A model generated the notes under the pieces. It searched no databases. It was not told where the DNA came from and was given only the letters and a program-made list of their open reading frames with translations. From contig CALFZE010000130.1 of assembly GCA_937952285.1 (NCBI GenBank), positions 18,282-82,281 of the forward strand: a DNA stretch of 64,000 bases, in the 5' to 3' direction. This DNA comes from an uncultured Bacteriovoracaceae bacterium (lineage in GTDB: Bacteria; Bdellovibrionota; UBA2428). Within the stretch, counting starts at the first letter, position 1, and each line of letters opens with the position of its first letter. Below, piece after piece: positions 1-9,552 of the stretch. The translations under genes were made by a program, and so were the position numbers.

Positions 1-663
1 GCGGCAGACGCCGCGCTCCTGCCGCGTGACGACGAGCGGCCAGGTCACGAGATCGCCGCGCAACGAGCGGCTCGCGACGAGCGCGACCTCGCGCACGAAG
101 TCCACGCGTTGCTCGGCGTAAAGCGGACGTCCTCGCGCGAGGGCGTCTTCGGCGAAGGCGAGCGCCTCGGCCGGACTCGAAGCGACACAAGTTCCCTTGC
201 CGTCGTAACCGAGCTCGGCCCACTTCAGGACGACGCGATCTTCGAGCAGGCGGCGAGCGCGCTCGACGAAGGCCGAGGCCGTCTCGCCGTCTTCACGCTC
301 CACGAACGGCGAGGTCGGCAAGCCGGCCTCGCGGAAGTGGCGTTTCTGGCGGAGCTTGTTCTGGATCTCGCCGATGACCGGCGGCGCCGGCTGGACGCGC
401 GCCCCCAGCGGCTCGAGCGCCTCGAGCACGGGTTTCGGCACGAACTCGTTCTCGAAAAGGAGCAGGTCGCAATCCGACGCGAAGCGGACCACGCTCTCTT
501 CGTCGTCCGTGGACCCCTCGCGGAAGACGTCGGCGAAGCGAACGGCCGGGTCCGTCGGGCGTTCCGCGAGCACCCTCATCTCGAGCCCCAAACGGCGACC
601 CGCCTGGCAAAGCAAACGGGAGAGCTGCCCCCCGCCCAAGATTCCGACCCGCAACGACGTCAT
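1..663 (-). CDS. purK: N5-carboxyaminoimidazole ribonucleotide synthase (PurK, ATP-grasp); C-terminus runs off the window edge
   Basis: Reverse translation from the ATG at 663-661 gives MTSLRVGILGGGQLSRLLCQAGRRLGLEMRVLAE...LKWAELGYDGKGTCV. The GxGQLxRM N-terminus and YDGKG motif align with E. coli PurK. The ORF has no stop inside the window, so it is absent from the ORF track. Confidence 0.65.
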   Translation of the reverse strand, partial: MTSLRVGILGGGQLSRLLCQAGRRLGLEMRVLAERPTDPAVRFADVFREGSTDDEESVVRFASDCDLLLFENEFVPKPVLEALEPLGARVQPAPPVIGEIQNKLRQKRHFREAGLPTSPFVEREDGETASAFVERARRLLEDRVVLKWAELGYDGKGTCVASSPAEALAFAEDALARGRPLYAEQRVDFVREVALVASRSLRGDLVTWPLVVTRQERGVCR

Positions 664-703
664 GGATTCATAAACTATTCGAGCTCGCGCGGGCCTTCAA
701 CGG

Positions 704-2014
704 TCAGGATCCCGAGGCCAGATCCTTTTTCGCCGTGTCCCCGTGGCGTTTGAGGTAGGCGTCAAAGAAACGCGCCGCAAGGTAAGACGATCGTACCGTC
801 CACTTATCGGGGTTCACCGTCAGCACGCCGATCGCGATCGGCGGGCCGTCGTGGCGCAGGTAACCCACGAACCAATCGCACTTGCCCCGGGGTTCGCCGC
901 CCACGAGGGAGCCCGTCTTGCCGCCGACCTCGAGCTCGTCGTGGCGTTTGAGGCCGTGGACCTGGCGGAAGGACTTGCGCGACGTACCGGCTTCGACCGT
1001 CGCGCGCATGAGTTCGCGAAGCTCGTGGGCCTTCTCGACCTCGAGGGTCCGGGCCCACGGCTCGGGCTTGGCGCCGAAGACGCGCTCGCCGTTCTCGGCG
1101 TAGGCCGCGTCGACGACGTAGGGGCGCATGAGCAGACCGTCCGTCGCGACGACCCCGCCGATGAGGGCACCGTGCAGGACGCTCAGGCTCGAGTCGCGGT
1201 TGAAACCCGAGGCGATCTCGGCGATTTCGTAGGGATCGGCGTTGGCCGGCAGACGGGTCACGCCCGTCTCGAAGGGAAGATCGCTCTCGACCGATTCGTT
1301 GAAGCCGAAGCGCGAAGCGACCTGCCCCATCTTGTCGGGGCCCACGTGAAAGGCGCCGAGCTTGCCGAAGACGGTGTTGATGGAGCGCGCGAAGGCGTCC
1401 TTCAGGCTCATGTAGCGCGTCCAGCGATTGACCTGCGTCTGCTCGATATTCTTTCGGTAGAGCGTGTGGCTGCCGCCGTTGAAGGCGATGACGCTGTCGG
1501 CGTCGAGCCCCTGCGTTTCGAGCGCCGCCGCGGCGGTCACGATCTTGAAGATCGAAGCCGCCGGGAAGCTGGCCTTCAGCACGAGGTTCTTGGCGGCGGG
1601 ATCATGCTTGGCGTAGTTCACGAGGGCGATGACGCGGCCCGTGTCGGCCTCGATCGCCGCGAGGGCCGCGTAATCGGGCGCGTAACGGGAGATGAGCGTC
1701 CCGATCTCCTTCTGCAGCGCTTCGTCGAAGGTGTACTGGATACGCAACGGCCCGTCCTCGGACGGGAGCGACGCCGGGAACTCGGGCAAGGTGCCCTCGA
1801 ACTGCGAACGCAGGAAGCGGCGGAAGTCGCGGAGCTTGGGATCCGGGCCCGGCGGGGCGATCCGCGCCTCGGGCGCCGTGCCCGACCAAAGGGAAGCCGC
1901 GCCCCACACCGCGCCGAGGCCGCCGAGCAGGAGCCCGAACACGGCGAGACGACGCTTCGGATTCGCTCCTCTCAACATCGGAACAGTATGTCGCGAAAAC
2001 GAGGGGCCCGTCAA
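704..2014 (-). CDS. Penicillin-binding protein / serine transpeptidase-domain protein, membrane-anchored
   Basis: 436-aa ORF with an N-terminal TM/signal segment. It carries the SxxK (ASIFK), SxN (SIN) and KTG (GGKTGS) motifs typical of PBP transpeptidase or class-D-like folds. Confidence 0.75.
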   Translation of the reverse strand: MTGPSFSRHTVPMLRGANPKRRLAVFGLLLGGLGAVWGAASLWSGTAPEARIAPPGPDPKLRDFRRFLRSQFEGTLPEFPASLPSEDGPLRIQYTFDEALQKEIGTLISRYAPDYAALAAIEADTGRVIALVNYAKHDPAAKNLVLKASFPAASIFKIVTAAAALETQGLDADSVIAFNGGSHTLYRKNIEQTQVNRWTRYMSLKDAFARSINTVFGKLGAFHVGPDKMGQVASRFGFNESVESDLPFETGVTRLPANADPYEIAEIASGFNRDSSLSVLHGALIGGVVATDGLLMRPYVVDAAYAENGERVFGAKPEPWARTLEVEKAHELRELMRATVEAGTSRKSFRQVHGLKRHDELEVGGKTGSLVGGEPRGKCDWFVGYLRHDGPPIAIGVLTVNPDKWTVRSSYLAARFFDAYLKRHGDTAKKDLASGS

Positions 2015-2046
2015 AGCTCGAAATCCCGCGGGCGCCGCGCGCGACG

Positions 2047-2250
2047 TCAGGACTTCGGCGCTTCGGGCTCCACGATCTCGACTTCGACCCCGGGCTTCAC
2101 CCAGACGAGGCGCCAGCCTTCCGCCCGCACCGCGACTTCGTCGCCGCGCTCGTACTCGACCGCGTAAAGCTTACCCTTCACGAGCACGGGAGAATGCGTG
2201 GCGACGTCACGCAGCGCGCGGACCTGCCGTGGACGGGGCTTTTCGCTCAC
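2047..2250 (-). CDS. Small hypothetical protein (67 aa), GTG start, possibly co-transcribed with the upstream TetR gene
   Basis: ORF track. The GTG start lies 7 nt after the TetR stop. There is no clear SD and no recognisable domain. Confidence 0.35.
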   Translation of the reverse strand: MSEKPRPRQVRALRDVATHSPVLVKGKLYAVEYERGDEVAVRAEGWRLVWVKPGVEVEIVEPEAPKS

Positions 2251-2257
2251 GGACGGC

Positions 2258-2860
2258 TCATTTCAAGAGACTTTCGGCGAGACGCGCGACGGTCGCCGAC
2301 ATCTTTTCGCGCCGCGCGGACTTGCCCTCGCCGAACCAGATTTCCGGGTCGGCCGTCAGGCCGTAGAGCACGCCGATCTTGATGTAGGAAACGAAGCGGA
2401 TCCGGTACTCGTCGGGCTCCGTCTTGTGGAAGTGCTTCCACGCCGCGATCTGCTCCTTGAAGTAAGCCGCCTCGACTTCGCGGATGGCGTCGCCGAAGTA
2501 GCTCTTGTCGCCGCGGTAGCGCAGGTAAAGCGAGGCGGCCCACGGACGCTCGTTCATGAGCAAGTGCGATTGCGAGACGATGAAGTTCTGGAAGGCGCCG
2601 TAGTTCGGGAAACGCTTGTAGTCCTTCACGATCGTCATCTGGACGAAGGTCTTGGCGCCGAAGGCGGCCGCTTCCTTGAGCATGCCTTCGAGCGAGCTAC
2701 CGAAATAGTAGTAGAGCGTGGTGCGCGAAACGCCCGTCCAACGCGAGATCTTGGAATAGCTCAGCGTCTCCGGCGGGTGGCGACTGATGAGACTCAGCAG
2801 CTTCCCGAAGAAGTCGTCGAGGTTCATCTTGGCCCGGCGGCGATTCTCGTTCGCGTCCAT
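2258..2860 (-). CDS. TetR/AcrR family transcriptional regulator
   Basis: N-terminal HTH (SYSKISRWTGVSRTTLYYYFGS) followed by an alpha-helical ligand-binding region. The alternative start at 2827 (MNLDD) overlaps the upstream ORF's stop as ATGA. Confidence 0.85.
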   Translation of the reverse strand: MDANENRRRAKMNLDDFFGKLLSLISRHPPETLSYSKISRWTGVSRTTLYYYFGSSLEGMLKEAAAFGAKTFVQMTIVKDYKRFPNYGAFQNFIVSQSHLLMNERPWAASLYLRYRGDKSYFGDAIREVEAAYFKEQIAAWKHFHKTEPDEYRIRFVSYIKIGVLYGLTADPEIWFGEGKSARREKMSATVARLAESLLK

Positions 2861-3291
2861 CTTCGCAGTTTAGCGGCACGCGAGCGACTCGACGACGTCA
2901 AGAAATGGGCGACCCGATCCGGACCCTTTTCCCGTTCCGTTAGCGGCGGGACTTGGCGCGGTAGAGCTCCCAAGGCGGTCGCCGCGCCGACGCCCTTCGC
3001 GAGGCGTGCCCAAGCGAGGGGGCCGCCGCCGAGCCGCGCGCGGCCTTCCGCCGCGAGGTCCTTGAGTTTGAAGAACACCCGCTCGGCGGCTTCGTCCTGG
3101 ATGAAATTCGGACGCTCGCCGTAGGAGTGGACCGCGGAAAACTCGACGCCGAGTTCGCGCGCGTAGGATTCCACGGCCCGCTCGAGCTCGGCCGACGCGA
3201 GCGCGCGCTCGCAGAGGGCGGCCCCTTCGCGCAATCGCCTCGAGAGTTCCTCGCGCAGGAAGCCGAGCAAGGCCGCTTCGTCCGCGTTCAT
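2824..3291 (-). CDS. Hypothetical protein (155 aa), translationally coupled between the AKR and TetR genes
   Basis: The ATG at 3291-3289 overlaps the AKR stop (ATGA), and its stop overlaps the TetR ATG at 2827 (ATGA). The first ~100 aa have normal composition; the tail is Arg-rich. Confidence 0.4.
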   Translation of the reverse strand: MNADEAALLGFLREELSRRLREGAALCERALASAELERAVESYARELGVEFSAVHSYGERPNFIQDEAAERVFFKLKDLAAEGRARLGGGPLAWARLAKGVGAATALGALPRQVPPLTEREKGPDRVAHFLTSSSRSRAAKLRRWTRTRIAAGPR

Positions 3292-4253
3292 TTGGCGAAG
3301 ATCTCCTCCACCCGGCGCACGAGCTCGGCGTCCAGACGGCGGTACGCATCCAGCGCCCCCAAGTTCTCCTTCAGCTGCTCGAGCCTCGAAGCGCCCAGGA
3401 TGACCGTGCTCACGCGCGGATTCTTGAGACACCAGGCGATGGCGAGCTGGGAGGCCTTGAAGTCGTGCTCACGGGCGAGGCGCGCAAAGCGAACGGATTG
3501 GTCGAGACGCTTTCTTCCCTCTTCGGTCTCGAGGCGCGCGCGCAGCCACTCGTAGCCCTTGAGGGAAAGACGCGAGCCGTCCGGGATGCCGTTCTCGTAC
3601 TTTCCGGTCAGCAATCCCGAAGCGAGCGGGGACCAGATCGTCGTGCCGAGGCCCGGCTTTTCGTAGAGGGGCGCGAACTCGACCTCGACCTTGTGGCGCT
3701 CGTAGAGGTTGTACTGGGGTTGCTCCATGGTCGGGAACGCGAGGTTGCGACGATCCGCGATCTCGCAAGCCTCGGCGATCTGCTTGGCGCTCCACTCGCT
3801 CGTGCCCCAATAGAGGACCTTGCCCTGACGAACGAGGTCGTCCATCGCGCGTACCGTCTCTTCCACCGGCGTCTCGGGATCCGGGCGGTGGCAAAAGTAG
3901 AGGTCGAGGTAATCCACGTTGAGGCGCGCGAGCGCCGCGTGGCAAGCGTCGAAGACGTGCTTGCGGCTGAGGCCCTTCTGGGTCGGCTTCTCGCCGCCCC
4001 AGAAGACCTTGCTCGAGACGAGGTAGGAATCGCGGCGCCACTTGAGGGCCTTCAACGCCGCGCCCATGATCCGCTCCGACTCGCCGCCCGCGTAGACCTC
4101 GGCGTTGTCGAAGAAGTTCACGCCGGCGTCGTAGGCCGTTCCCATGAGACGCTCCGCGGAGTCCTCGCCGACCTGCTGGTGGAAGGTCACCCAGGATCCG
4201 AAGGAAAGGACGCTGACGGGGAGGCCGCTTTGACCGAGTCGACGGTATTCCAT
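3288..4253 (-). CDS. Aldo/keto reductase (Kv-beta / AKR-type NADPH oxidoreductase)
   Basis: The 321-aa C-terminal part of the 644-aa track ORF (MEYRRLGQSGLPVSVLSFGSWVTF...) carries AKR motifs (DNAEVYAGGESE, LDLYFCHRPD, WGTSEW). The ATG at 4253-4251 was checked. The upstream part of the track ORF is a spurious extension. Confidence 0.9.
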   Translation of the reverse strand: MEYRRLGQSGLPVSVLSFGSWVTFHQQVGEDSAERLMGTAYDAGVNFFDNAEVYAGGESERIMGAALKALKWRRDSYLVSSKVFWGGEKPTQKGLSRKHVFDACHAALARLNVDYLDLYFCHRPDPETPVEETVRAMDDLVRQGKVLYWGTSEWSAKQIAEACEIADRRNLAFPTMEQPQYNLYERHKVEVEFAPLYEKPGLGTTIWSPLASGLLTGKYENGIPDGSRLSLKGYEWLRARLETEEGRKRLDQSVRFARLAREHDFKASQLAIAWCLKNPRVSTVILGASRLEQLKENLGALDAYRRLDAELVRRVEEIFAK

Positions 4254-4285
4254 GCGACCCAAGCTAGCACCCGCCCCGCCGAGGG

Positions 4286-5386
4286 TCACGGTTCGACCCG
4301 CGCTTCGATGCTCCCCGTCGAAAGCTCGCCGGGCTCGAGGCCCCATCCCGGCCCCATGTGCTCGAGGCGGGCCCAGGCGTCGGCTTCGAAGGAGAGCCGC
4401 GGCCCTCGCCGGTGCCGCAGCCCCTCCGCGCTGCTTTCCTTGACGACGAGCAGATCGCGCGCCTGCGCGGCGACCGCGAAACCCGCGCGCGCGAGCAACG
4501 GCCCCTCGCCGAGCCGCGACCCGATGACGAGCGGCCAACTCAAATCGCGGACCCGCTCGAGCACCTCGAGCGAGCGCAGGAGCCCGCCCATCTTGGCCAC
4601 GCGCAGGTGCACGGCGTAGCTCCCGTCGCTGCCCTCGAAAGCATCGAAGTCGGCCAGGCGCGCGAGACTTTCGTCGAGGACGAGAACCCGATCGAGTTCG
4701 ACGCTCAAGCGCGAAAGCTCGCGGGCGGGCCGGGCGTCGCCGGGCTCCTTGATCGCCCAGAAGTAATCCCGCAACGGAAGCAGGCGGCGAAGCGCCTCCT
4801 CGCCTCCCTCCCGCCAAAGCGCGCCGGCGTCCACGCGCACGCGCGGTCGCAGCCCCCGGGGCGCGGCGAGGGCGTGTACGCGCCGCAGGCGCCGGAGGTC
4901 CGCCGAGGCGTCCCCGGACAAGCGGAAACGAAAATCCTCGACGCCCCGTTCGAAGGACGTCCGCACGAGCGTCTCGAGGCTTTCGTCCTCTTCGTCGCCG
5001 AGGGACGTCGTGAACCGATAGTCTCCCCGCACGGAAGCGAGTCCGGTGAAGCGCTCGACCGAAAGCCGGGAGGCCCGCGCGAGGGCGTCGAGAAAGGCCA
5101 TCTCGAGGGCGCACCAAGCCATCGGATGCGCGTCGATGTCTTCGCGACGTTCCTGGACGAAGGCCTCGAGCTGGTAAAGCGAAGTGATGCCCGCCACCTG
5201 GGGCTGGAGGCCGAGCAACCAAGATTCGGCTTCCGCAAGGGTCTCCCCGCCCGACACGCTACGGGGGGTCCCCTCGCCGAAACCGATCTCGCCCGCGAGG
5301 GACAAGGTCACGATCAAGCGATCCGAACGGAGCTTCGTTTCCGGTCCGGCGCCGTCGCGGCGGAGCGTAAAGGTGGCGCGGTTCAT
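4286..5386 (-). CDS. Enolase-superfamily enzyme (mandelate racemase / muconate lactonizing / o-succinylbenzoate-synthase-like)
   Basis: 366-aa ORF ending 33 nt upstream of the AKR start. Its composition and length fit the MR/MLE fold. Assignment is by overall similarity pattern only. Confidence 0.6.
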   Translation of the reverse strand: MNRATFTLRRDGAGPETKLRSDRLIVTLSLAGEIGFGEGTPRSVSGGETLAEAESWLLGLQPQVAGITSLYQLEAFVQERREDIDAHPMAWCALEMAFLDALARASRLSVERFTGLASVRGDYRFTTSLGDEEDESLETLVRTSFERGVEDFRFRLSGDASADLRRLRRVHALAAPRGLRPRVRVDAGALWREGGEEALRRLLPLRDYFWAIKEPGDARPARELSRLSVELDRVLVLDESLARLADFDAFEGSDGSYAVHLRVAKMGGLLRSLEVLERVRDLSWPLVIGSRLGEGPLLARAGFAVAAQARDLLVVKESSAEGLRHRRGPRLSFEADAWARLEHMGPGWGLEPGELSTGSIEARVEP

Positions 5387-5673
5387 AGGGTCGCCCCGTC
5401 CACGAGAATCCGGGGCATCCTAGGCCGAAGAGTTCCTTGATTTCGAGCTAACCCATTGGAAACATTGTCTCCATGGGCCGCCCTCGGTCGAGCCATTCGG
5501 AATGTAAAGCGCATGACACGCTCCTTTCGAACGGCATTATGCCGAAGCCCCGATTCCGCCCTCCACCGGCATCACTGACACTTCGGGCGAGATCCGTAGC
5601 CGAAGGGGATATTTTCGACGGCCCCCGCGGGAATCTGTCAAAAGCTCCGGGGCGGGTGTAAAAATCGAGCATA

Positions 5674-7530
5674 GTGGCCTTCCAAGATTTGAAGCGCTTT
5701 ATCCTCGGTGAGGCCCTCTCCAATTCCCAAGCCGAGCACGAAAGGCTTCCCAAGTGGAAAGCCCTTCCCGTCTTCTCGAGCGACGCCATGAGCTCGGTGG
5801 CCTACGCGACCGAAGAGATCCTCATCATCCTCGCGGCGCTTTCGGCGGCCGCGGCCGTGTGGAGTCTGCCCATCGCGCTGACGATCGCGGCGCTGCTCCT
5901 GATCGTCTCGCTTTCGTACCGCCAGACGATCTCCCTCTACCCGCACGGGGGCGGCGCCTACACCGTCGCGCGCGAGAACCTGGGCGAAACGCCGGGGCTG
6001 CTGGCGGGCGCCGCGCTCATGATCGACTACATCCTGACCGTGGCGGTCTCGATCTCGGCCGGCGTCGCGGCCATCACGTCGGCGCTCCCGGAGTGCGCGC
6101 CTTACGCCGTCGCGATCGCGCTGGGGCTCATCCTGATCATGACGCTCTTGAACCTGCGCGGGGCGAGCGAGTCGGGACTCATCTTCTCGATCCCGACCTA
6201 TTTCTTCATCGCCTCCATCTTGATCCTGCTCATCGTCGGATTCTACCGGACCTGGCTGGGCGACTTGCCGCCGAAGGCCGGCATCGTCCACGAGGCGTAC
6301 CCGAAGATCGGCCTTTTTCTCGTGCTGCGGGCCTTCGCGAGCGGTTGCGCGGCGCTCACCGGCATCGAAGCCATCTCGAACGGCGTGCCCGCCTTCCGCG
6401 AACCGTCCGCGAAGAACGCCAAGACGACGCTCATGATCATGATCGCCGTGCTGGGCACTTTTTTCATGGGCGTGACCGCGCTCGCCCACCAGCACCTCAT
6501 CCTGCCGAGCGCGGCGGGCGGGGGCCACGGGGGCGGCGAGACCGTGCTGTCGCAGCTTGCCCGCACGGTCTTCGGCGACAGCATGGCCTACTACGCGATC
6601 CAAACCGCGACGGCGCTCATCCTCGTGATGGCGGCCAACACCGCCTTCGCCGATTTCCCGCGCCTCGCCTCGATCCTCGGCAAGGATCGGTACATGCCGC
6701 GCCAGCTGTCGAACATCGGCGATCGACTCGTTTTCTCGAACGGGATCACGGTGCTGGGCATCGCGGCCGCGCTGCTCATTTACCTCTTCGACGCCGATAC
6801 GCACGCGCTCATTCCGCTCTACTCGGTCGGCGTCTTCCTCTCTTTCACCCTCTCCCAAAGCGGCATGGTCGCGCATCACTTGCGGCACCGCGAACCGCAC
6901 TGGGTGAAGGGGCTCCTGCTCAACCTGGCCGGCGCGATCGCGACGGCGCTCGTGCTTTGCGTCGTCGCCGTGACGAAGTTCACCGAGGGCGCCTACATCA
7001 TCATCCTCGTCATCCCGGCCATGCTTCTGCTCTTCCGCGGCGTGAAGCGCCACTACGAAAGCGTGGGCCGCCAGCTCGCGCTGCCCAAGACCTGGACCCT
7101 CGACCACGTGACGCCTTCGATCGTCGTCGTGCCGATTTCGGGCTTCCACACGGGGGTGCTCAAGGCCCTCGAGTACGCGCGCGGGATCTCGAAGAACATC
7201 CACGTCTGCGTCGTCGACGTGGACGAGCGCGCGACGGCGAACGTGCGTCAGCAGTGGCGACAAAACCTGGGCGAGGAGAGCGCCTCGCCCCTGAAGCTCG
7301 TCGTGCTGGATGCGCCCTACCGTTCGGTCATCGATCCCGTCGTCGATTACCTGAACGAGCTCGAGCGCGGCAACCCGGGGCAGACGCTCACCGTCGTCAT
7401 CCCCGAGTTCGTGACCAAGCACTGGTGGCACGCCACGCTCCACAACCAGACGGCGTTCTTCCTCAAGACGCGACTACGCTACATCGAACGTCGCGTCGTC
7501 GTTTCGGTCAGCTACCACTTGCGGGAGTAG
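5674..7530 (+). CDS. APC-superfamily amino-acid/polyamine permease with a C-terminal cytoplasmic extension
   Basis: 618-aa ORF with about 12 predicted TM helices. The N-terminus (LGEALSNSQAEHERLPKWKALPVFSSDAMSSVAYATEEIL) is characteristic of the APC family. Confidence 0.8.
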   Translation: MAFQDLKRFILGEALSNSQAEHERLPKWKALPVFSSDAMSSVAYATEEILIILAALSAAAAVWSLPIALTIAALLLIVSLSYRQTISLYPHGGGAYTVARENLGETPGLLAGAALMIDYILTVAVSISAGVAAITSALPECAPYAVAIALGLILIMTLLNLRGASESGLIFSIPTYFFIASILILLIVGFYRTWLGDLPPKAGIVHEAYPKIGLFLVLRAFASGCAALTGIEAISNGVPAFREPSAKNAKTTLMIMIAVLGTFFMGVTALAHQHLILPSAAGGGHGGGETVLSQLARTVFGDSMAYYAIQTATALILVMAANTAFADFPRLASILGKDRYMPRQLSNIGDRLVFSNGITVLGIAAALLIYLFDADTHALIPLYSVGVFLSFTLSQSGMVAHHLRHREPHWVKGLLLNLAGAIATALVLCVVAVTKFTEGAYIIILVIPAMLLLFRGVKRHYESVGRQLALPKTWTLDHVTPSIVVVPISGFHTGVLKALEYARGISKNIHVCVVDVDERATANVRQQWRQNLGEESASPLKLVVLDAPYRSVIDPVVDYLNELERGNPGQTLTVVIPEFVTKHWWHATLHNQTAFFLKTRLRYIERRVVVSVSYHLRE

Positions 7531-9034
7531 TCGTGTGCGAGGGGAGCGGACGCTCCATTTCCTCGCCGATGAGCGCTTCGATGTCCGGCGGAACCTGGAC
7601 CTGGAGCCGGCGCCGGAGTTCACCGAATTCCATCGTGGCCCAATCCCGCGGCAAACGGATGCGGAAGCCTTCGGACGGGGCGCCCTCGCCGATCGGTCGC
7701 GCGCGGCAGACGGTATTGCGTTTTCCGATTTTGCGGATCGCCTCCGCGGCGGCGGGGCTCGCCGAGCCGCGGAATTCCGCCGACACCCCGGCGACCGGAG
7801 TCAGGAAGGAGTTGCCGCGCACGTCGACGCCCGCGGCCGCCCCCTCGCGCAAGAAGCACGCGCCCGGCGTCCCGTCGCAGGGCGGACGCGCGACGACGTT
7901 CCCCGTCATTTCGCTGTTCACGACGTCGCCGTAGGCCGTCAGGCCGGCGTAGCCGTTCTTGCGTCCGTCGGCCAAGCTCACGTTGTCGCGGACACGCACG
8001 CCGTCGACCGCTTCGCTGCCGTCGAAACTGCACAGCAGGACGCCCGCGCCGTCGTTGTCGAAGGTCAGGTTCCTTTCGACGACCGCGCGTTTCACGCTGC
8101 CGTCGACGTCGATCCCGCCGCCGTCCGACTTGGAGGCCGTTCGGTTCGCGAAGGAGACGTTGTCGTGGATCCACACGTCCTCGGCGTCCCAGGCCCAGAT
8201 ACCGATCGGCCCGCCGTTCGCTTCGTTGCGCTCGCCGTTGCGGAAGGCGACGTTGCCGGCGAGCTCCACGCGCGCGACGTTCGACACGACGATCCCGTGC
8301 CCGGAATGGTGGCGCTTGCCCGCCATGCCGAGGTTCGAGTGCGCGACGGAATCCCGGACGACGACGTCTTCGTGCCGGAAACTCGGCTTGGGCCAGTTGT
8401 CGCCCGCGACTTGCACCCCGGCCCAGTCGTTGCCGTGGGCGGCGACCCGCTCCAACGAGACCCGACGTAGACCGGGCGACTCCCAGCCGTTGCGTACGAG
8501 GATGCCGTTGCCGAAGGCGGCGACCTTGGGGCCCGCCTCGCCGGCGCGGTCGCCGCGAAAACCGGAGGCCTCGACGTCCCGCACGAGAAGATTCTCGGGC
8601 CTCGAAGCGGGGTCCTCGTTCGAAAGCACGAGTCCGTTCGACGGCGGCAGGTTTTCGCCCACGCGGTCGTCGACGAGCTTGAGTCCTTCGACGACGACGT
8701 GGCTTGCCCCGCGGATCTCGACCGTGCTGCCCCCCTCCTTCGGCACGCGGATAGAGGCCTTACGCCGCGAATCCGAGGCGAGGATCTTCACGGGCGCGGC
8801 GGGGGAACCCGGATCGCCGGCGTCCAGGCGCAGGGGACCTTCGTGCATGCGTCCGCTCTCGAGCAGGATGACGTCGCCCGGCTTGAACTGCCTTCCGTTG
8901 AGGGACGCGAGCGACGCCTCGACTTGGGAGCCGACGGGCGCGTTCTCCGGGCGTCCGACGTAGTAGGTCTTCGCGAACGACTCGCCTTCGCCCAGGGCGA
9001 GGGAAAGCAGCGCGAGCCCCGGAAGAAAACGCAT
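7508..9034 (-). CDS. Secreted right-handed parallel beta-helix (pectate-lyase-fold) repeat protein
   Basis: Signal peptide MRFLPGLALLSLALG. Contains repeated xNxxFxNN/GxGIxV beta-helix rungs. The 3' end overlaps the convergent permease by 23 nt. Confidence 0.65.
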   Translation of the reverse strand: MRFLPGLALLSLALGEGESFAKTYYVGRPENAPVGSQVEASLASLNGRQFKPGDVILLESGRMHEGPLRLDAGDPGSPAAPVKILASDSRRKASIRVPKEGGSTVEIRGASHVVVEGLKLVDDRVGENLPPSNGLVLSNEDPASRPENLLVRDVEASGFRGDRAGEAGPKVAAFGNGILVRNGWESPGLRRVSLERVAAHGNDWAGVQVAGDNWPKPSFRHEDVVVRDSVAHSNLGMAGKRHHSGHGIVVSNVARVELAGNVAFRNGERNEANGGPIGIWAWDAEDVWIHDNVSFANRTASKSDGGGIDVDGSVKRAVVERNLTFDNDGAGVLLCSFDGSEAVDGVRVRDNVSLADGRKNGYAGLTAYGDVVNSEMTGNVVARPPCDGTPGACFLREGAAAGVDVRGNSFLTPVAGVSAEFRGSASPAAAEAIRKIGKRNTVCRARPIGEGAPSEGFRIRLPRDWATMEFGELRRRLQVQVPPDIEALIGEEMERPLPSHTTTPASGS

Positions 9035-9075
9035 CTCTTCCTATCGGAAAAAGCCCCCGCTTTCTGAAGCGGGTC

Positions 9076-9552
9076 TCAAGCGAAGAGGCCGCGCAGCCGC
9101 TCGAGCCCTTCGCGGTCGGCCTCGCCGAAATCGTCGAGGCGCTCGCTGTCGACGTCGAGGACGAAGACGACCTCGCCCGTCGGCGCGAAGAAAGGCACGA
9201 CGATCTCCGAGCGCGACGCCGAGCTGCAGGCGATGTGGCCCGGAAACTTGTCGACGTCGGGCACGACGATCGTGCGGGCCTCGCTCCACGCCGCCCCGCA
9301 CACGCCGCGGCCCCGCGCGATCCGCGAACAAGCGAGCGGCCCCTGGAAGGGACCGAGCACGAGCTCATCGCCCACGACGCGGTAAAAGCCCACCCACAGG
9401 AAAGCGAAGCTCTCTTTGAGCGCCGCCGCGACGTTCGCCATCTTCGCGACGAGATCCGGCTCGTCCGCGACGACCGCGCGGATCTGCGGCCAGAGCTCGG
9501 CGTAGGTCTCGGCGCGCGAGAGTCCCGCGCGAAGGCTCAGCGACTCGCTCAC
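9076..9552 (-). CDS. GAF-domain free methionine-(R)-sulfoxide reductase (fRMsr/MsrC-like)
   Basis: 158 aa with the fRMsr-like GAF core (VDKFPGHIACSSASRSEIVVP). The ATG overlaps the cysK stop (4-nt ATGA). Confidence 0.75.
   Translation of the reverse strand: MSESLSLRAGLSRAETYAELWPQIRAVVADEPDLVAKMANVAAALKESFAFLWVGFYRVVGDELVLGPFQGPLACSRIARGRGVCGAAWSEARTIVVPDVDKFPGHIACSSASRSEIVVPFFAPTGEVVFVLDVDSERLDDFGEADREGLERLRGLFA

Noticed and set aside
743-2167. Long plus-strand ORF (474 aa) antisense to the PBP gene. Similar long antisense or alternate-frame ORFs occur at 5638-7443, 5754-7934, 10643-12292, 19459-21339, 22117-23625, 25903-27573, 29223-31859, 44889-46085, 48422-50332 and 58724-59932.
   Set aside because: These are high-GC artefacts. 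They are Arg/Ala/Gly/Pro-rich low-complexity translations with no signal or domain features, and each overlaps a gene on the other strand or frame that has clear family-level motifs.
3288-5222. The 644-aa track ORF.
   Set aside because: The N-terminal 323 aa are Arg/Pro/Gly-rich junk overlapping the enolase-superfamily gene in another frame. The AKR begins at MEYRRLGQSG (4253).
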